A stretch of 64,000 nt of DNA from Spirochaetia bacterium (GCA_965203055.1 OZ241863.1:576001-640000), one strand, 5' to 3'; counted from the stretch's first letter, positions 49,294-60,147 are shown. A program made the numbers and translations. The notes: generated by a model not told the origin, from the letters alone.

Positions 49294-50055
49294 CGCCGGC
49301 GGATCGGGTGCGGCCCCTGGGCGGCGGGCGCTGGGAACTCAAGGCGGTGATCGACGATGAGTGCCGGCGCGGCTTGGAGCGGCTCCCAGGGCCTCCTGTC
49401 CTACGTCGATCCGCACCTGACGATGGGGCAGCTCATGGGGCGGCTGGTGCGGGAAGGGCTCGACCGCCACGACCCGGCCCGGCCGCCGCGCGGGCGGCGC
49501 GCCGCGCCGGCCAAAGGAGCCGAGCAGACTTCGGCGCCGAAGACGCAGGCGGCCTCGGCTCGCGGCGCGGACAGCGCCGCTCCTTCGGCGGCGAAGGTAT
49601 CGGCTCAGGCTCAGGCGGCGGCGCAGCCGGGAGACGAAGCCGCTGACCGCCCGGACACTTCGGCAGCGAAGCCGGCGGGCGACGCCACTTCGGCGGCGAA
49701 GACGCGGCGCCTCGGCCGGCCGGCTGCGGCGTGCGCGCAGCCGGCGGCGCCGCCGCGGACCCGGACTTCGGCAGCGAAGACAGGCGGCGTAACCCGCCGC
49801 GCCATCCCGGCGGCGGTCAAGCGCGAGGTGTGGCGGCGCGACCGGGGCCGCTGCCGCTACGTGGACGGCACCAGCGGGCGCCGCTGCGGCTCGCAACACC
49901 TGCTGCAGATCGATCACGTCGTGCCGTATGCCCGCGGCGGCGGCGCCGAGCCGAACAATCTCCGCCTGCTGTGCGTCGCCCATCACCGCTACCGCCACGC
50001 CGGCGCCCGATTCGGGCGCCCCGGTGAGGATCGTGAGGCGCCGGTAGACCGGTGA
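49294..50055 (+). pseudogene. HNH endonuclease gene, 5'-truncated and frameshifted (~49385); HNH core intact
   Basis: RAIPAAVKREVWRRD.GRC.Y...GRRC...LQIDHVVP.A.GG...NLRLLC..HH; shares sequence with 542-775. Confidence 0.8.
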
Positions 50056-50121
50056 TCAAGATCGCCCAGAAAACATCATCTTACACTGCGACTTGGGCTT
50101 GGCCGCCAAGCGGTCCGACGT

Positions 50122-50146
50122 TTACCTGCAATTTGGAAATGCGCCC
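50122..50146 (-). repeat. ISKra4-like terminal inverted repeat at the 3' end of HNH element copy 2
   Basis: Reverse complement GGGCGCATTTCCAAATTGCAGGTAA. Confidence 0.8.
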
Positions 50147-50200
50147 CCGCGCGGAGGACTTTGACATGAGTGGCGCGCGGGGGTAGGTTCGGGACTTGCC

Positions 50201-51316
50201 ATGCCCAATGAGTCCAATAAGTATCGCCTGATTCAGGTGGGGACCGGCGGCCGCGGGGTGCCGTGGTGCTCCCGTTTCCTGCCGCCGCACGTCGCCTCCG
50301 GCCGGATCGAGGTAGTGGCCGCGGTGGACGTGAACCCGGAGGTTCACGGCAACGCGCAAACTCACCTCGGCCTTCCGCCCGAAAAGTGCTACACCGACCT
50401 GCAGCGCGCCTGCGCCGAGAACCCGGCGGACATCTGCACGGTGGTGACCCCGCCGGCGTTCCACGAATCGGTGGTGGACGCGGCGCTGGCCCACGGCATG
50501 CACGTCATCTCCGAGAAGCCGATTGCCGATACCCTGGAGGCGGCGCTGCGGATCGCCGCCAAGGTGGAGCGCGCCGGCAAGAAGATGGGCGTGACCATGA
50601 GCCATCGCTTCGATCAGGACAAGACCACCCTGCGCCGCGAGTTGCGATCCGGCCGCCCCGGCCGGATCGACTACCTGGTGTGCCGCTTCACCTGCGGCCT
50701 GCGCAACTTCGGCGACTGGGGCGCCCGCTTCCGGCACACCATGGACGAGACGCTGATGATCGAAGGATCGGTGCATCACCTCGACATCATCGCCGATCTG
50801 GCCGGCGCCAAGTGCGATACCCTCTACGCGCAGACCTGGAATCCGCCGTGGGGCGAGTACGCGAGCGGATCGCAGGGGCACGTGATGATGACCTTCGAGA
50901 ACGGCGTGCGCGCCATCTACGAGGGAGCCAAGACCAATGCCTGCGGATTCAACGGCTGGGCTCAGGAGTATATCCGCGCGGAGTGCGAACGCGAGACGCT
51001 GATCATGGATCACCGCCGGGTCGAACGGTTTCTGTATGCTCCGAAGTACTACGCCCGGGAAGGACAGGGGGAAGAGGTGCCGCTGCTGCGGCAGCGCTAC
51101 TGGACCGATGCCTGGCTGCTGGAGCAGTTTCTGGATTGGCTCGACGGCGGCCCGCCGATGGCGACCAACGTCGCAGCCAATCTCCAGTCGGTGGCGTTGA
51201 TCTTCTCCGCCATCGAGAGCAGCCGTACCGGCCGCCCGGTGAGGGTGCAGGAGTTCCTGCAGGCCGCCCGCGAGCGCGCGCAACCGTCACCCGCCGCGAG
51301 CGCCGCCGGCAGTTAG
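50201..51316 (+). CDS. Gfo/Idh/MocA family oxidoreductase
   Basis: VG.GG.G, TPP..H, SEKP, HHLD. Confidence 0.9.
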   Translation: MPNESNKYRLIQVGTGGRGVPWCSRFLPPHVASGRIEVVAAVDVNPEVHGNAQTHLGLPPEKCYTDLQRACAENPADICTVVTPPAFHESVVDAALAHGMHVISEKPIADTLEAALRIAAKVERAGKKMGVTMSHRFDQDKTTLRRELRSGRPGRIDYLVCRFTCGLRNFGDWGARFRHTMDETLMIEGSVHHLDIIADLAGAKCDTLYAQTWNPPWGEYASGSQGHVMMTFENGVRAIYEGAKTNACGFNGWAQEYIRAECERETLIMDHRRVERFLYAPKYYAREGQGEEVPLLRQRYWTDAWLLEQFLDWLDGGPPMATNVAANLQSVALIFSAIESSRTGRPVRVQEFLQAARERAQPSPAASAAGS

Positions 51317-51336
51317 TCCGGGTCAGGCGGGGCAGG

Positions 51337-53406
51337 TCACTCCTTCATAACCACGGTAAAGCGTAGGTTTGGGCCCGTAGTGTCTCTGAGGCGAACGGTC
51401 TCCGTCAGGCGCCCCCAGTGCAGGTAGAGGTTGGAGTGGGCCGCCAGTCGGCGGAGTACCGCAAGTGACCTGAGCGGAAGGATGTTTGGCTGCTTCTGAT
51501 AGTTGAACAGGTTGATCGAACCCAGGCGAAACTCTGACCCGCCGGCCTGCGAGGTGCGCCAAGCGCCGCTGTTGTAGCGCCAGCGATCGGGGGCGCCGGT
51601 GTCGTCCGACAGCAGGTTGGCTATCGCCCAGTCGACCAGCACGTCGCCGAACGACCGGCCCGCGCCGCGCGCTGCCAGCGCCGCTTCGATTGCCGCGACG
51701 CCGGATTCGCCGTTGCGCACGATGTCGCCAAAAAGCGCGGCGCCGCCGTGGATCCGCGCCAGGTACGCTCCCAGCGCGTAGTTGATGGAGTAGTTCCGCA
51801 GTTCGCGGCGCCAGGCCGTCACCTGAATGTAATTGTACAGATTGTACAGCGGCAGCCGGCCGGCGGTTATTCCGGGAACGCCGGCCGTGGGATCGTCATG
51901 CGCCACCCCGCGCGGGCCATCATACACGCGCAGCTTGCCGGCCAGCAGGTCCTCAGCCACCTCGGAGCTCATCTCGTTCAGCCAAGTCTCGGCAACGGCA
52001 CCCTGCAGTATCCGCTTCTGGTAGAAGTGAATCATGTGTTGAAACTCGTGTACGAGAGCCGCGAGCGCCATGCTCGGGCGCCGGTCGGTTACCTCCCAGC
52101 TCGCCCCGGAGGGAGATGCCAAGTACACGGCGTCGACGTAGAACATCAACCTCTCATTGGAAGTCCGATGTCTCAGTTGGACGTGTTGAGGATCGTGCAG
52201 GTAGTTGTCCTTGGCAAAGAAGAATCCTAACGTTCGGTCGGCGTCGCCGGATGTAGGTAGGCCGTCGTTATCGATGTCGTACAGCAGGATGTGGATCAGG
52301 CCGGCCTGCTCCGCGGAAAGAAGAAGATTCGGGAAAGAGTGCGGGCCCCACGGGGCGCCGAATATGGCCGTCACCCAGTCGTAGACGTCATTGTCGCTGC
52401 CCGGACGCAGGAACGTCCGCGCTACCGTGTCGACCTGGGTCTGGGTGACGCAGGGCGGCCGGGAGCACCGGCCCCAGTTCGCGTCGGCCACCCAGACCGC
52501 CAGCGTCACCGCGCCGTCGGAGACCACCCTGCGGGCGGTGGCTGCAATTTCAGTGACGGTCCCGAAATCGTCATAATTCAGGAAGGTGAACGCCGCGCCC
52601 TCGTTGACCGTCGCGGCCTGGTTCTGCCGGAGCCGGTCCGACCGCGAGGTCCGCGCCAACCCGGCGCCGCGCAGCAGCGGCGGGTTGGCGTTGAACTCCA
52701 CGACCCAGGGACGGTCCCGCCGGATCGGATACGCGGCCGGATCCAGCCCCCCCCCCCCTTCACGGCGCACCGCGGCGGCCGACCGCGGCAGCGGTTCAAA
52801 CGCTCCATGGATCTGCAGATTCCTGGTTGTCGTGAGCTGACAAGGACTGCTGTCGACGCAGGTGGCGATCAGGTATACGTTGGCCGGCGCGGTATCGACT
52901 CGGATTTCGTACTCGATCGTCGTGTTGGCGCGTGGGTCGAGTATGAACACCTGATTTCCGCTTCCCGGATAGCAGAGCACGGTCGTTTCGCACACCTCGA
53001 TGGTGAAGGTCAACGTATCGGCGTCGCCGGCGGAACGGTTGGCGTCCGCGTCCTCTACCCGGTAGGTCATGCGGTACTCGCCGGCCCGACTCGGCGTTCC
53101 CGCAAGCGTGCGCCGGCTGCCGTCGAACGTAAGCCCCGGCACCGCGGGCTCCAGGCCATAGCTCAAGGCCCCGTTGCCGCCGCTTGCGGCGGGCAGCACC
53201 AGCGGTTCGCTCTCCCGACTCTCGTTGTAGGCTCGAACAGCGACGCTCCTGGCGCTGAAGCGCGGCGGCGAGTCGGCAGGCGCGGCGGCGCCGCCAGCGC
53301 CGCCGGTACCTGAAACGGCTTGTTGGCAGCCGGCCAGCAGGAGGGCGCCTGCGGCGGCGGCAACGGCAATCGGCGCCAATCGGCGCCGCATGTTCGCGGA
53401 GTTCAT
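51337..53406 (-). CDS. Lipoprotein metallopeptidase (M30/hyicolysin-like) with an Ig-like domain
   Basis: Lipobox LLAGC; LP.A.GGNG.L.Y...PGLTFD..R.L.GTP Ig repeat; HEFQH and WLNEM.S..AED. Confidence 0.8.
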   Translation of the reverse strand: MNSANMRRRLAPIAVAAAAGALLLAGCQQAVSGTGGAGGAAAPADSPPRFSARSVAVRAYNESRESEPLVLPAASGGNGALSYGLEPAVPGLTFDGSRRTLAGTPSRAGEYRMTYRVEDADANRSAGDADTLTFTIEVCETTVLCYPGSGNQVFILDPRANTTIEYEIRVDTAPANVYLIATCVDSSPCQLTTTRNLQIHGAFEPLPRSAAAVRREGGGGLDPAAYPIRRDRPWVVEFNANPPLLRGAGLARTSRSDRLRQNQAATVNEGAAFTFLNYDDFGTVTEIAATARRVVSDGAVTLAVWVADANWGRCSRPPCVTQTQVDTVARTFLRPGSDNDVYDWVTAIFGAPWGPHSFPNLLLSAEQAGLIHILLYDIDNDGLPTSGDADRTLGFFFAKDNYLHDPQHVQLRHRTSNERLMFYVDAVYLASPSGASWEVTDRRPSMALAALVHEFQHMIHFYQKRILQGAVAETWLNEMSSEVAEDLLAGKLRVYDGPRGVAHDDPTAGVPGITAGRLPLYNLYNYIQVTAWRRELRNYSINYALGAYLARIHGGAALFGDIVRNGESGVAAIEAALAARGAGRSFGDVLVDWAIANLLSDDTGAPDRWRYNSGAWRTSQAGGSEFRLGSINLFNYQKQPNILPLRSLAVLRRLAAHSNLYLHWGRLTETVRLRDTTGPNLRFTVVMKE

Positions 53407-53479
53407 TGGCCGCCATCTTACTATACCGGGCGAAGGTGCGTACGGCGCCCGCGCGCCCCGCGCCGCGGCGGCGCCCCGG

Positions 53480-53779
53480 CTAGCGCGGCGGGCGCGGCCC
53501 CGGCCGGGGTTGCGCCTTGCGCTTGGCGCGGCGGTTCCGGAGCGCCGCGCGCACGCAGGCGGTCAGGCCGATGCCCAGCCAGGTCAGATTCAACGCCGCC
53601 GCGGGGAAGGCGCGGTAGTAGAAGGTGTTGGCCAACAGACCGCCCGCGCCGATCACGTTCAGCGTCTGGTAGAGGCGCGAGGTGCCGCCAAGTCTGCCGG
53701 TGGACACCAGCCAATAGGCGGAGATCAGAGCGGCCATGCCGATCCATCCCGCCGCGTCGAGGAGCAGCCGTGGTTCCAT
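53480..53779 (-). CDS. Small membrane protein (CBU_0592-like)
   Basis: GWIG...LI.AY, YQ.LN.IG, P...LN..W. Confidence 0.75.
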   Translation of the reverse strand: MEPRLLLDAAGWIGMAALISAYWLVSTGRLGGTSRLYQTLNVIGAGGLLANTFYYRAFPAAALNLTWLGIGLTACVRAALRNRRAKRKAQPRPGPRPPR

Positions 53780-53925
53780 ACGGCCGCAGTCAGACGCAAA
53801 ACGCGCGCGGAATCCACCATCCCGCAGCGCCCGCCCGCCGCCGGCGGCGCGCCGCCGCCCGCCGCATGCGCGCCGCGGCCGCGCGCTTGACACCGCCCCC
53901 CGGGCTGTGCGAAGATGAGCAACGT

Positions 53926-54987
53926 ATGTTTACTTCAAGAAATATGGCCTCGGGCCATAGGTTCGCTCCGAGCGGAGCGTTACTCGGCCTCCTGGCCGCC
54001 TCGCTGCTGGCGGCCCAGGTAGCGGTTGCCGAACCTTCCAGAGAAGCTGCCGACTGCAACGGAATCGGTCGGGAGCTCGTGTTCGCCGGTCTCGACTGGC
54101 AAAGCGCCCAGCTCCACAATCAGATTGCAGGAACGATTCTGCAGGCCGGTTTCGGCTGCGACTATACCGACATACCGGGATCGACCATCCCCATGGTTCA
54201 GGGTCTGGTCCGCGGCGACATCGACATCAACATGGAGATCTGGTTCAACACCGCGCCGGAGCTGTATCACGAAGCAGCGGACGCCGGCGACGTGATCGAT
54301 CTCGGGTTGACCATGTATGCGGCGGAGTATGCGTTCCTGGTCCCGCGCTACGTGATCGAAGGCGACGCCGAGCGCGGCATCGAGCCGATGGCCCCGGACT
54401 TGAAGTCGGTTGCGGACCTGCCGCGCTACGCGCAGTTGTTCCAGGATCCCGAGCAGCCTGACATGGGCCGCTTCTACAACTGCATCATCGGCTGGCAGTG
54501 CGAGCTGATCAACAATGACAAGCTGGCGACCTACGGACTCGACGAGCACTTCACCAACTTCCGCCCCGGTACCAGCACGGCGTTGTCGAGTGCGCTGGCC
54601 GGCGCCTACGGCAAGGGCGAAGCGTGGCTCGGTTACTACTGGGGCCCGACCTGGGTGCTCGGCAAGTACGACATGGTGGTGCTGGAAGAGCCGGCCTACT
54701 CGGACGAGTGCTGGGTGGAAGGCGACCGCGGCTGTTCGTGGCCGCCGTCGATCGTGAACGTCTCGGTGAGCAAGGCGTTCGCCGACAGCGCCTCGCCGGA
54801 GATGGTCGAGTTCCTGCGCGCCTACGAGATGGATCAGATTCTGGTCAGCCAGCTCCTGGCGTACATGAGGGACAACGACGCCGAGGCCGCCGACGCCGCC
54901 CGGTACTTCCTGGAGACCATGCCGGAAGTGTGGACCCCGTGGGTGTCCGACGGCGTTGCGGGCCTCGTCAGGGCGGCGCTCAACTAA
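53926..54987 (+). CDS. proX: Glycine betaine/proline ABC substrate-binding protein
   Basis: DWQSA, GDIDI.MEIW, FQDPE.P..GRF..C..GW.C, YYW.PT. Confidence 0.88.
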   Translation: MFTSRNMASGHRFAPSGALLGLLAASLLAAQVAVAEPSREAADCNGIGRELVFAGLDWQSAQLHNQIAGTILQAGFGCDYTDIPGSTIPMVQGLVRGDIDINMEIWFNTAPELYHEAADAGDVIDLGLTMYAAEYAFLVPRYVIEGDAERGIEPMAPDLKSVADLPRYAQLFQDPEQPDMGRFYNCIIGWQCELINNDKLATYGLDEHFTNFRPGTSTALSSALAGAYGKGEAWLGYYWGPTWVLGKYDMVVLEEPAYSDECWVEGDRGCSWPPSIVNVSVSKAFADSASPEMVEFLRAYEMDQILVSQLLAYMRDNDAEAADAARYFLETMPEVWTPWVSDGVAGLVRAALN

Positions 54988-55026
54988 AGGCTGAGATCCT
55001 GCCGGCCGATAAGATAACGACAACTC

Positions 55027-55052
55027 GGGGGGCGCCGCCGGCCGCCCCCTTC
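55027..55052 (+). terminator. GC-rich hairpin between proX and proW (terminator or mRNA stabiliser)
   Basis: GGGGGGCG...CGCCCCCT stem followed by a short T tract. Confidence 0.4.
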
Positions 55053-55122
55053 TTGCGGGGAGCGGCACCGGGCGCGCCGCGGCCGGCGCTGCTCCTGCCC
55101 GCTCGATAATCGGAGATCGCTG

Positions 55123-56034
55123 TTGGGAGATTGGATTCGGGAATGCGCCGGTAGCTTCGACCGGATAATCACCAGGTTTCCCGAAGGCTGCCAGATTCCG
55201 ATCCGGGAGTGGACCAATGGCGCTCTGGAGTTCCTGCTGGCGCGCCTTGGACCGATTCTGGACGCCGTCAGCGACCGGATGCTGCTGGTGCTGCGGTACG
55301 TCGAACAGTCGCTGCTGTGGCTGCCGTGGTGGCTGGTGATCGGCGCCATCGGCGTGGTGGTCTGGCACGCGGCGCGGCACCGGTGGCTGACCATCGGCCT
55401 GATCGCCTGCCTCATCTTCATCGGCATGATGGAGCTGTGGGACGACACCATGCGCTCGCTCGCGATCATGCTGATCGCGATTACGATCACGGTCGCCGCC
55501 GGCATCCCGGTCGGCATCCTCATGGCCACCACCCGCTGGGTGCGCGGGGTGGTCAGCCCGATCCTCGACGTCATGCAGACCATGCCTTCGTTCGTCTACC
55601 TGATCCCCGTGATCTTCTTCTTCGGCCTGGGCAACGTGGCGGCGATCTTCGCCATCTTCATCTACGCCGTGCCGCCGATGATTCGGCTCACCAACCTCGG
55701 CATCCGCCTGGTGGATCAGTCCACCGTCGAGGCCGCGGACGCGTTCGGGGCGACCGGCCGGCAGATTCTGTGGGGCATTCGCATTCCGCTGGCCATGCCG
55801 ACCATCATGGCCGGCGTCAACCAGGCGATCATGATGGCCCTGGCGATGGTCGTGATTGCGTCGATGATCGGCGCCCGCGGCCTCGGCGCGCAGGTGCTGC
55901 GCGGGGTGAACAACGGTGACGTCGGCATGGGACTGGAAGCGGGCATCGCAATCGTGGTGTTGGCCATGATCCTCGACCGGGTGACCGCGGCCTACGGCGC
56001 CCGTCTCGACCCGACCCAGGCACCGGAGACCTGA
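55123..56034 (+). CDS. proW: Glycine betaine/proline ABC permease
   Basis: PILDVMQTMP.FVYLIP, IRLTNLGIR, EAA.AFG, MVVIASMIGA.GLG. Confidence 0.93.
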   Translation: MGDWIRECAGSFDRIITRFPEGCQIPIREWTNGALEFLLARLGPILDAVSDRMLLVLRYVEQSLLWLPWWLVIGAIGVVVWHAARHRWLTIGLIACLIFIGMMELWDDTMRSLAIMLIAITITVAAGIPVGILMATTRWVRGVVSPILDVMQTMPSFVYLIPVIFFFGLGNVAAIFAIFIYAVPPMIRLTNLGIRLVDQSTVEAADAFGATGRQILWGIRIPLAMPTIMAGVNQAIMMALAMVVIASMIGARGLGAQVLRGVNNGDVGMGLEAGIAIVVLAMILDRVTAAYGARLDPTQAPET

Positions 56035-56038
56035 CGCG

Positions 56039-57292
56039 ATGCGCAACCATGAGACGGACGATGGCGGCAACGGCGCGGGCGCCGCGCGCAGCAATATCGA
56101 AGTAAAGAACCTGTACAAGATCTTCGGGCAGCGCCCGCAGGAGGTCCTGCCGCAGATCGAGGCGGGTACGGGAAAGGACGAGATCCTGGCCAGCACCGGC
56201 CACACCGTCGGGCTGAGCGACGTGAGCCTGCGCATCGAGCAGGCGGAGACGTTCGTGGTAATGGGCCTGTCGGGCAGCGGCAAGTCGACCTTCGTGCGCT
56301 GCGTGAACCGGTTGATCGAACCCACCGCCGGCCAGGTGCTGGTCGGCGGCGTGAATATCGTCGATCTCGGCGCGGCGGAGCTGAAGGCGTTGCGGCGCAC
56401 CCGGATGAGCATGGTGTTCCAGCGCTTCGGGCTGCTCCCGCACCGCAGCGTGGTGCAGAACGTCGCCTACGGCCTGCGCGTCCAGGGAGTGTCCAAGGAG
56501 GAACGGCTGGAGCGCGCCGGCCGCTGGATCGAGGTGGTCGGGCTGCAGGGCTACGAGCGGATGCGCCCGAGCCAGCTCTCGGGCGGCATGCAGCAGCGCG
56601 TCGGGCTGGCGCGGGCGCTGTGCACCGATCCCGACATCCTGCTGATGGACGAGGCGTTCAGCGCCCTCGATCCGCTGATCCGGCGCGACATGCAGGACGA
56701 GCTGATTCGCCTGCAGGGCGAGCTCAACAAGACCATCGTCTTCATCACCCACGACCTGGACGAGGCCCTCCGGCTGGGCGACCGCATCGCCATCCTGAAG
56801 GATGGCGTGGTGGTGCAGATCGGCACCCCGGTCGAGATCATCACCCAACCCGCCGATGCCTACGTGCAGGAGTTCGTCCGCGACGTCAACCGCGCGCGGG
56901 TGCTGCGCGCCGGCGAAGTGATGGAAGAGGTGGAGCCGCTGCCGCTCGACAGCGCCCCGGACAGCGCCCGCACGGCGTTGCGGAGCGCCCGCCGCAAGAT
57001 CGGCTTCGTGACCGACCGCAACCGGCGCTACCGCGGCCTGGTGCGCGTCGAAGACCTGCCGGCGGCGGTCGAACGCGGCGACCGCGACCTGGGCGGCAGC
57101 GTGCGCCGCGACGCGCCCACGGTGCGGGCGACGCAATCCCTCGATGAACTGCTGGGCGTGGCGGCCGACAACAACCTGCCGATCGCGGTGCTCGGCGACC
57201 AGGACCGCTTTCTGGGGAGCCTGACCCGCCAGACGACGCTGGCGGCGCTCGCCGGCGACCGCGCCGACAAGGAACCCGCGGCCGCCGACTGA
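56039..57292 (+). CDS. proV: Glycine betaine/proline ABC ATP-binding protein
   Basis: GLSGSGKS, LSGGMQQRVGLARAL, MDEAFSALDPLIR, CBS tail. Confidence 0.95.
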   Translation: MRNHETDDGGNGAGAARSNIEVKNLYKIFGQRPQEVLPQIEAGTGKDEILASTGHTVGLSDVSLRIEQAETFVVMGLSGSGKSTFVRCVNRLIEPTAGQVLVGGVNIVDLGAAELKALRRTRMSMVFQRFGLLPHRSVVQNVAYGLRVQGVSKEERLERAGRWIEVVGLQGYERMRPSQLSGGMQQRVGLARALCTDPDILLMDEAFSALDPLIRRDMQDELIRLQGELNKTIVFITHDLDEALRLGDRIAILKDGVVVQIGTPVEIITQPADAYVQEFVRDVNRARVLRAGEVMEEVEPLPLDSAPDSARTALRSARRKIGFVTDRNRRYRGLVRVEDLPAAVERGDRDLGGSVRRDAPTVRATQSLDELLGVAADNNLPIAVLGDQDRFLGSLTRQTTLAALAGDRADKEPAAAD

Positions 57293-57339
57293 CGCCCCGT
57301 TGCGCGCCCGCCGCGTTGCCGGCGCCCCCCGGCGGGAAA

Positions 57340-58719
57340 TCAGCTCAGCGGCTTGAGGTCCCCCAGCATGGTGGGGATCAGTTCGGCGACGGTGGGGTGG
57401 ACGTGCACCGCGCGCCGCAGCACGCGGTAGGAAGCGCCGGCGTACATCACGTCGAGGATCGAGTGGATCACCTCGTCGCCGCCCACGCCGAGGATCGCGG
57501 CGCCGAGGATGCGCTCCGTCTCCGCGTCCACCAGCACCTTCATGAAACCCTGCGTCTCGCCCTTCTCCACCGCGCGCCCGACGCGGCTCATCGGGCGCGC
57601 GGCGACCAGGGCCGGGCGCCCCGTAGCGCGTACCTGCGGCTCGGTCATGCCGGCGCGCCCGAGCGGCGGGTCAATGTACAAGGCATAGCAGTCGATGCGG
57701 TCGGTCACCCGCCGCGACTCGGCGCGCAGCAGGTTGCCGGCGGCGATCTCATAGTCGTGGTAGGCGGTGTGGGTAAAGGCGCCGCGCCCGTTGCACTCGC
57801 CGAGCGCCCACACCCCCGGCGCGCCGGTCCGCAGGGTGTCGTCCACCCGGACGTGGCCGCGGGAATCGACCTCGATGGCGGTCGTCTCCAGCCCCAGGTC
57901 GTCGGTGTTGGGGCGCCGCCCGACCGCCAGCAGCAGGTGCGAGCCGACCACCTCCGGCGCCGCGCCGCGGCACGCCAGGGAGGCCGCCACCGCGTCCCCG
58001 CGGCGCTCGAAGCCGAGGCACTCCGCCTCCAGCCGGAGCCGGAGCCCCTCGCCCTCCAGGATCGCCGCCACCGCGGCCGACACTTCCGGCGACTCGCGCT
58101 TGATCAGCCGCTCGCCGCGGTCGATCAGCGTCACCTCGCTGCCGAAGCGGCGGAACATCTGGGCGAACTCCAGTCCGATATAGCCGCCGCCGACGATCAC
58201 CAGATGCTCCGGCAGGGCGGCGAGCTCCATGATCGTGGAGTTGGTCAGGTAGTCCACCTCCGCCAGGCCCGGAAACGGCGGCACGAAGGCGCGCGCGCCG
58301 ACGTTGATGAAGATCCGTTCCGCCTCCAACACCTCGCCGTCCACCTGCACCCGATGGTCGCCGGCGAACCGCCCGTGGCCCTGGTACACGGTGCAGTTGG
58401 CCAGCGACCGCAGCCACCGTTCCACGCCGGCCGCTGAGCGCCGCACGATCGCGTCCTTGCGCGCCTTCACCCGCCCCATGTCCACCTCGACGCCGCCGGA
58501 GATCACCACCCCGAATTCGGCGGCGCGGCGCGCGACGTGGGCGGCGCGGGCGCTGGCCACCAGCGCCTTGGTGGGGATGCAGCCGACGTTCACGCAGGTG
58601 CCGCCGAAGCGGTGGCGCTCGATGACCGCGGTGCGCAGGCCGGCGGCGGACAGGTCCGCGGCAAGACTGGGTCCGGCCTGCCCGGTGCCGATGATGATCG
58701 CGTCGTATGAGTGCGCCAT
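57340..58719 (-). CDS. Pyridine nucleotide-disulfide oxidoreductase (FAD-dependent)
   Basis: IIGTGQAG, GGTCVNVGCIPTK, GGGYIGLE, HPT; no MerA C-terminal CC pair. Confidence 0.88.
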   Translation of the reverse strand: MAHSYDAIIIGTGQAGPSLAADLSAAGLRTAVIERHRFGGTCVNVGCIPTKALVASARAAHVARRAAEFGVVISGGVEVDMGRVKARKDAIVRRSAAGVERWLRSLANCTVYQGHGRFAGDHRVQVDGEVLEAERIFINVGARAFVPPFPGLAEVDYLTNSTIMELAALPEHLVIVGGGYIGLEFAQMFRRFGSEVTLIDRGERLIKRESPEVSAAVAAILEGEGLRLRLEAECLGFERRGDAVAASLACRGAAPEVVGSHLLLAVGRRPNTDDLGLETTAIEVDSRGHVRVDDTLRTGAPGVWALGECNGRGAFTHTAYHDYEIAAGNLLRAESRRVTDRIDCYALYIDPPLGRAGMTEPQVRATGRPALVAARPMSRVGRAVEKGETQGFMKVLVDAETERILGAAILGVGGDEVIHSILDVMYAGASYRVLRRAVHVHPTVAELIPTMLGDLKPLS

Positions 58720-59126
58720 CAGGCCTCCTGCGCGCTCACGGGCGCCGGTTTGACGCGGGCGTGGGGCACGTTGGGACTGGCCGGATCGACCGTGAGCTGC
58801 CGGCGGCCGGGGTTCACGACCAGATCCATGTCCTCCATGGGAACCGCCCCCAACAACACCTCGTCGCCCAACACCAGCGCCCCGACGTAGCAGAACCGCT
58901 TGCCGAACGCAACCTTCACCGGGCCGACGTAGGGCACGGTCGCCGCGCTCCCGTCGGCCACCGACACCTCGCGCACCGATTCCGTTTGCAGGTCGAGCTG
59001 GTGGGCGACGTGCTCCGGGATGCACAGCATCAGTGCGCCCGTGTCGACCAGCGCGGTCACCCGCACCGGTGCGAAGTCGGTGCGCCGCGGATTGCTCAGC
59101 TCCAGTTCGGCAAATACGTGACCCAT
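58719..59126 (-). CDS. Clan AA aspartic protease (AF_0612-like)
   Basis: ALVDTGA, ADG, LLGAVPME.MDL. Confidence 0.88.
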   Translation of the reverse strand: MGHVFAELELSNPRRTDFAPVRVTALVDTGALMLCIPEHVAHQLDLQTESVREVSVADGSAATVPYVGPVKVAFGKRFCYVGALVLGDEVLLGAVPMEDMDLVVNPGRRQLTVDPASPNVPHARVKPAPVSAQEA

Positions 59127-59144
59127 GAACCCTCCCGGCGCAGG

Positions 59145-60128
59145 TCAGCAGATTGCGCCGCGCTTGGCGCGGATGCCGTGGCCCGGCGGGTCGACGCCGA
59201 CCCAGCGTTCATCGGCCGGCTCGTCAGCGCGCTGGTAGCGGCTGTCGGACGACAGGCGGATGCGGTCGGTCCGGTTGTCGGAGCTTGCGTGCATCAGATA
59301 CATGTTGAAGATCAGCACGTCGCCCATGCGGTATTCGGCAGTCAGCCAGCGGCCGCCCCATTCCCCCTGCACGGCCATGGCGTCGGCGGAATAGGCGCCG
59401 GAGGAGTTCCAGCGGATGCGGCTCCTTTCCGCGGCGGTCAAGTCGCGGCCCGCCCGGCGGGCCTGCGCCACCACCGGCTCGGCTTCCCCGCCATTGGTTC
59501 CATTGGTGCAGTACCGGTCGACGTCGCCGGCGCCGTAGGTGTTCTTGAGGCGGTCCTGCCGGTGGCTGCCTTCCAGCACCATGAGACCGCCCATCTCGAA
59601 GGGGATGTCGTCGAACGGCGTCCACGAGGTGAACAGGCGCTTGGTGCCGCGCCCCATGAAGACGATGTCGCAGTGGGGATCGGTGGTCTGGCCGCCTCCG
59701 GGCGGCTTGGCGCGCATCCAGGTGAAGTCGAAGTGGCGCACCGGACCGCCGAGGAAGAATTGGTGGAACTGCAGCATGGGGCCGGCGTAGAGCACCTGGT
59801 CGAGCGGCTCGTTGGCCCGGGACAGGGCGCGGGCGAGGTCGCCGGTGGCGCTGGCGTCGATTGCGGGCGCGGGCGCGGCGGCGCCTTCCTCGGAATCGCG
59901 GCCGGGGGCCAACAGGCGGAGGGCGGCCAGCCGGCGCAGCAGCTCCCGGCGGGCCGCGAGCACCGCCTGGCGGCCGAGCAGGCCGCGCAGGAAGAGGTAC
60001 CCGTCCCGGTCCATGCGGCGGCGCAGCTCGGCGCGGTCGCGCAAGGCGTCGTTGGCCGGCTGCAGCAGGCCCAGGTGGTCGAGGGCCTGGGAGTGATGGG
60101 TCAGCGGGGGAATGGTCGTCGGTTCCAC
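59145..60128 (-). CDS. Phytanoyl-CoA dioxygenase family protein
   Basis: DGYLFLRG, HCD.VFMGRG, LEGSH, GDVLIF...H.S.DN...RLSSD.RYQ. Confidence 0.88.
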   Translation of the reverse strand: MEPTTIPPLTHHSQALDHLGLLQPANDALRDRAELRRRMDRDGYLFLRGLLGRQAVLAARRELLRRLAALRLLAPGRDSEEGAAAPAPAIDASATGDLARALSRANEPLDQVLYAGPMLQFHQFFLGGPVRHFDFTWMRAKPPGGGQTTDPHCDIVFMGRGTKRLFTSWTPFDDIPFEMGGLMVLEGSHRQDRLKNTYGAGDVDRYCTNGTNGGEAEPVVAQARRAGRDLTAAERSRIRWNSSGAYSADAMAVQGEWGGRWLTAEYRMGDVLIFNMYLMHASSDNRTDRIRLSSDSRYQRADEPADERWVGVDPPGHGIRAKRGAIC

Positions 60129-60147
60129 TGCAAGTACCGCGGAGGCG

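Noticed and set aside
52747..52758. C12 tract in the peptidase gene as a phase-variation site
   Set aside because: Currently in frame (Gly run), mid-gene, with no other support
57340..58719. Mercuric reductase merA
   Set aside because: Lacks the C-terminal Cys-Cys pair and there are no other mer genes
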